A stretch of DNA of 20,000 nucleotides from Trichomonas gallinae (lineage: Eukaryota): NCBI GenBank assembly GCA_008369845.1, contig MRSU01005533.1, positions 50,685 to 70,684 of the forward strand. Reading direction: 5' to 3'. Below, piece after piece: positions 18,923 through 20,000 of the stretch. The notes below the pieces were generated by a model. It was given only the letters and a program-made list of their open reading frames with translations. It had not been told where the DNA came from and did no database searches. Each line of letters begins with the position of its first letter. Position 1 is the first letter of the stretch. Position numbers and translations under genes: made by a program.

Positions 18923-20000
18923 TCTTTTTACATTTCTCTTCTGAAATGGCATATTTTACCAAGTTTCCAACCTACCCAGTTTCACAATACTTTAGCCGCT
19001 CCCCCTGCCTTTGGGAGGTTTTACATGTCATTTTGTCAGATTCATTTTTTAATTGATGATTCAGCGCTGTTTACCTCATATGTAAACTGCTAGCTGAGGC
19101 TTTACAGCATGCATTAACACATATCATTCAATACATTAGTACCAATAAACTTCAAAAAATCAGCTAAAAAATTCCTTCATATCTTCATATCCCAGAAATA
19201 CATACGATAATCATTAATTTTGACTTCTTATTCCCCAAATAAATTGTATAAACTATCCACTTCTGCAATAAAAATATTATCATACCGTTGACAATTTATG
19301 ATCCAAAATTATTCAATCACAATAAATAATAATTTTTCAAAATTGAGCGTAGAATCACAAAATATATGCGAATTCTAGCACCATCATATACAGAACATCA
19401 GTCAAATACAACAAAAAGTTGAAATTTTACTGATGATTTCGTCAAAATAATTATAATTACGTATATTCATGCAAATTTGATTCTATTATTGTTATCAGTA
19501 TCATTAATGGAATCATCTACGTAATTATAACAACTAAAGCAATGTCTAAATAAATTTTCAAATCAGATCTTAGTAAAAACTTTAATGTAATTCATTGGTT
19601 AGTATTTGAAATTTAATATTTTCTTAATGATGAGCATTTGATTATGTCATACTACCCTATATATTATGTTTTTTCAAGATATATCAAAAGATTGAAAATG
19701 ACGAATTTAACGAATTGCTCAACAAGGCTTGTGCCATACCAGCCAATATTATGGTGAAGGTCTTCGCCATAGAATAAACTTTGGCGGAAAAATTAAGGTG
19801 AATAAATATGGTTTCATTATTATAATAAATTTTTTTGGAAAATTTACAATCGTTTAAGCTTATCGGAGTTTACACATGGTGATGTTGACCAAAGTTATTG
19901 GTTCGATTGAGGTGATCTACTTTTTATTTTTTTTTCGGTTTAAAAATAGATTTAAGTTTAAATCAATAAGTGCCAAATATGATTCATCTTATACCAGTAT

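Overview
AT-rich eukaryotic DNA with no introns that I could detect. Gene content and Inr-type core promoters point to a trichomonad, most likely Trichomonas vaginalis or a close relative (inference). Genes: 3' end of an E2F/DP-like winged-helix gene, a BspA-like TpLRR surface protein with TM and tail, a MATE exporter, a start-less 199-codon F5/8C-like frame missed by the ORF track, a PPPDE/DeSI-like protein with the catalytic Cys replaced by Ser, a C2 + XYPPX-repeat protein, a Sel1-repeat protein, a PPP-family phosphatase and a 1098-aa internally duplicated secreted/surface protein. The most interesting signals are non-coding. (1) A dispersed, same-orientation motif TTTACATG(T/A)CAA lies upstream of five of the six minus-strand genes. 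(2) A gap-free 156-bp tandem duplication is delimited by that motif. (3) An 85-bp patchwork of near-identical fragments of the 1098-aa gene, joined at microhomologies, lies 1.6 kb upstream of that gene. (4) A 168-bp TIR element has (A/T)TAA flanks. All family assignments are from motif recognition by eye, not database searches.
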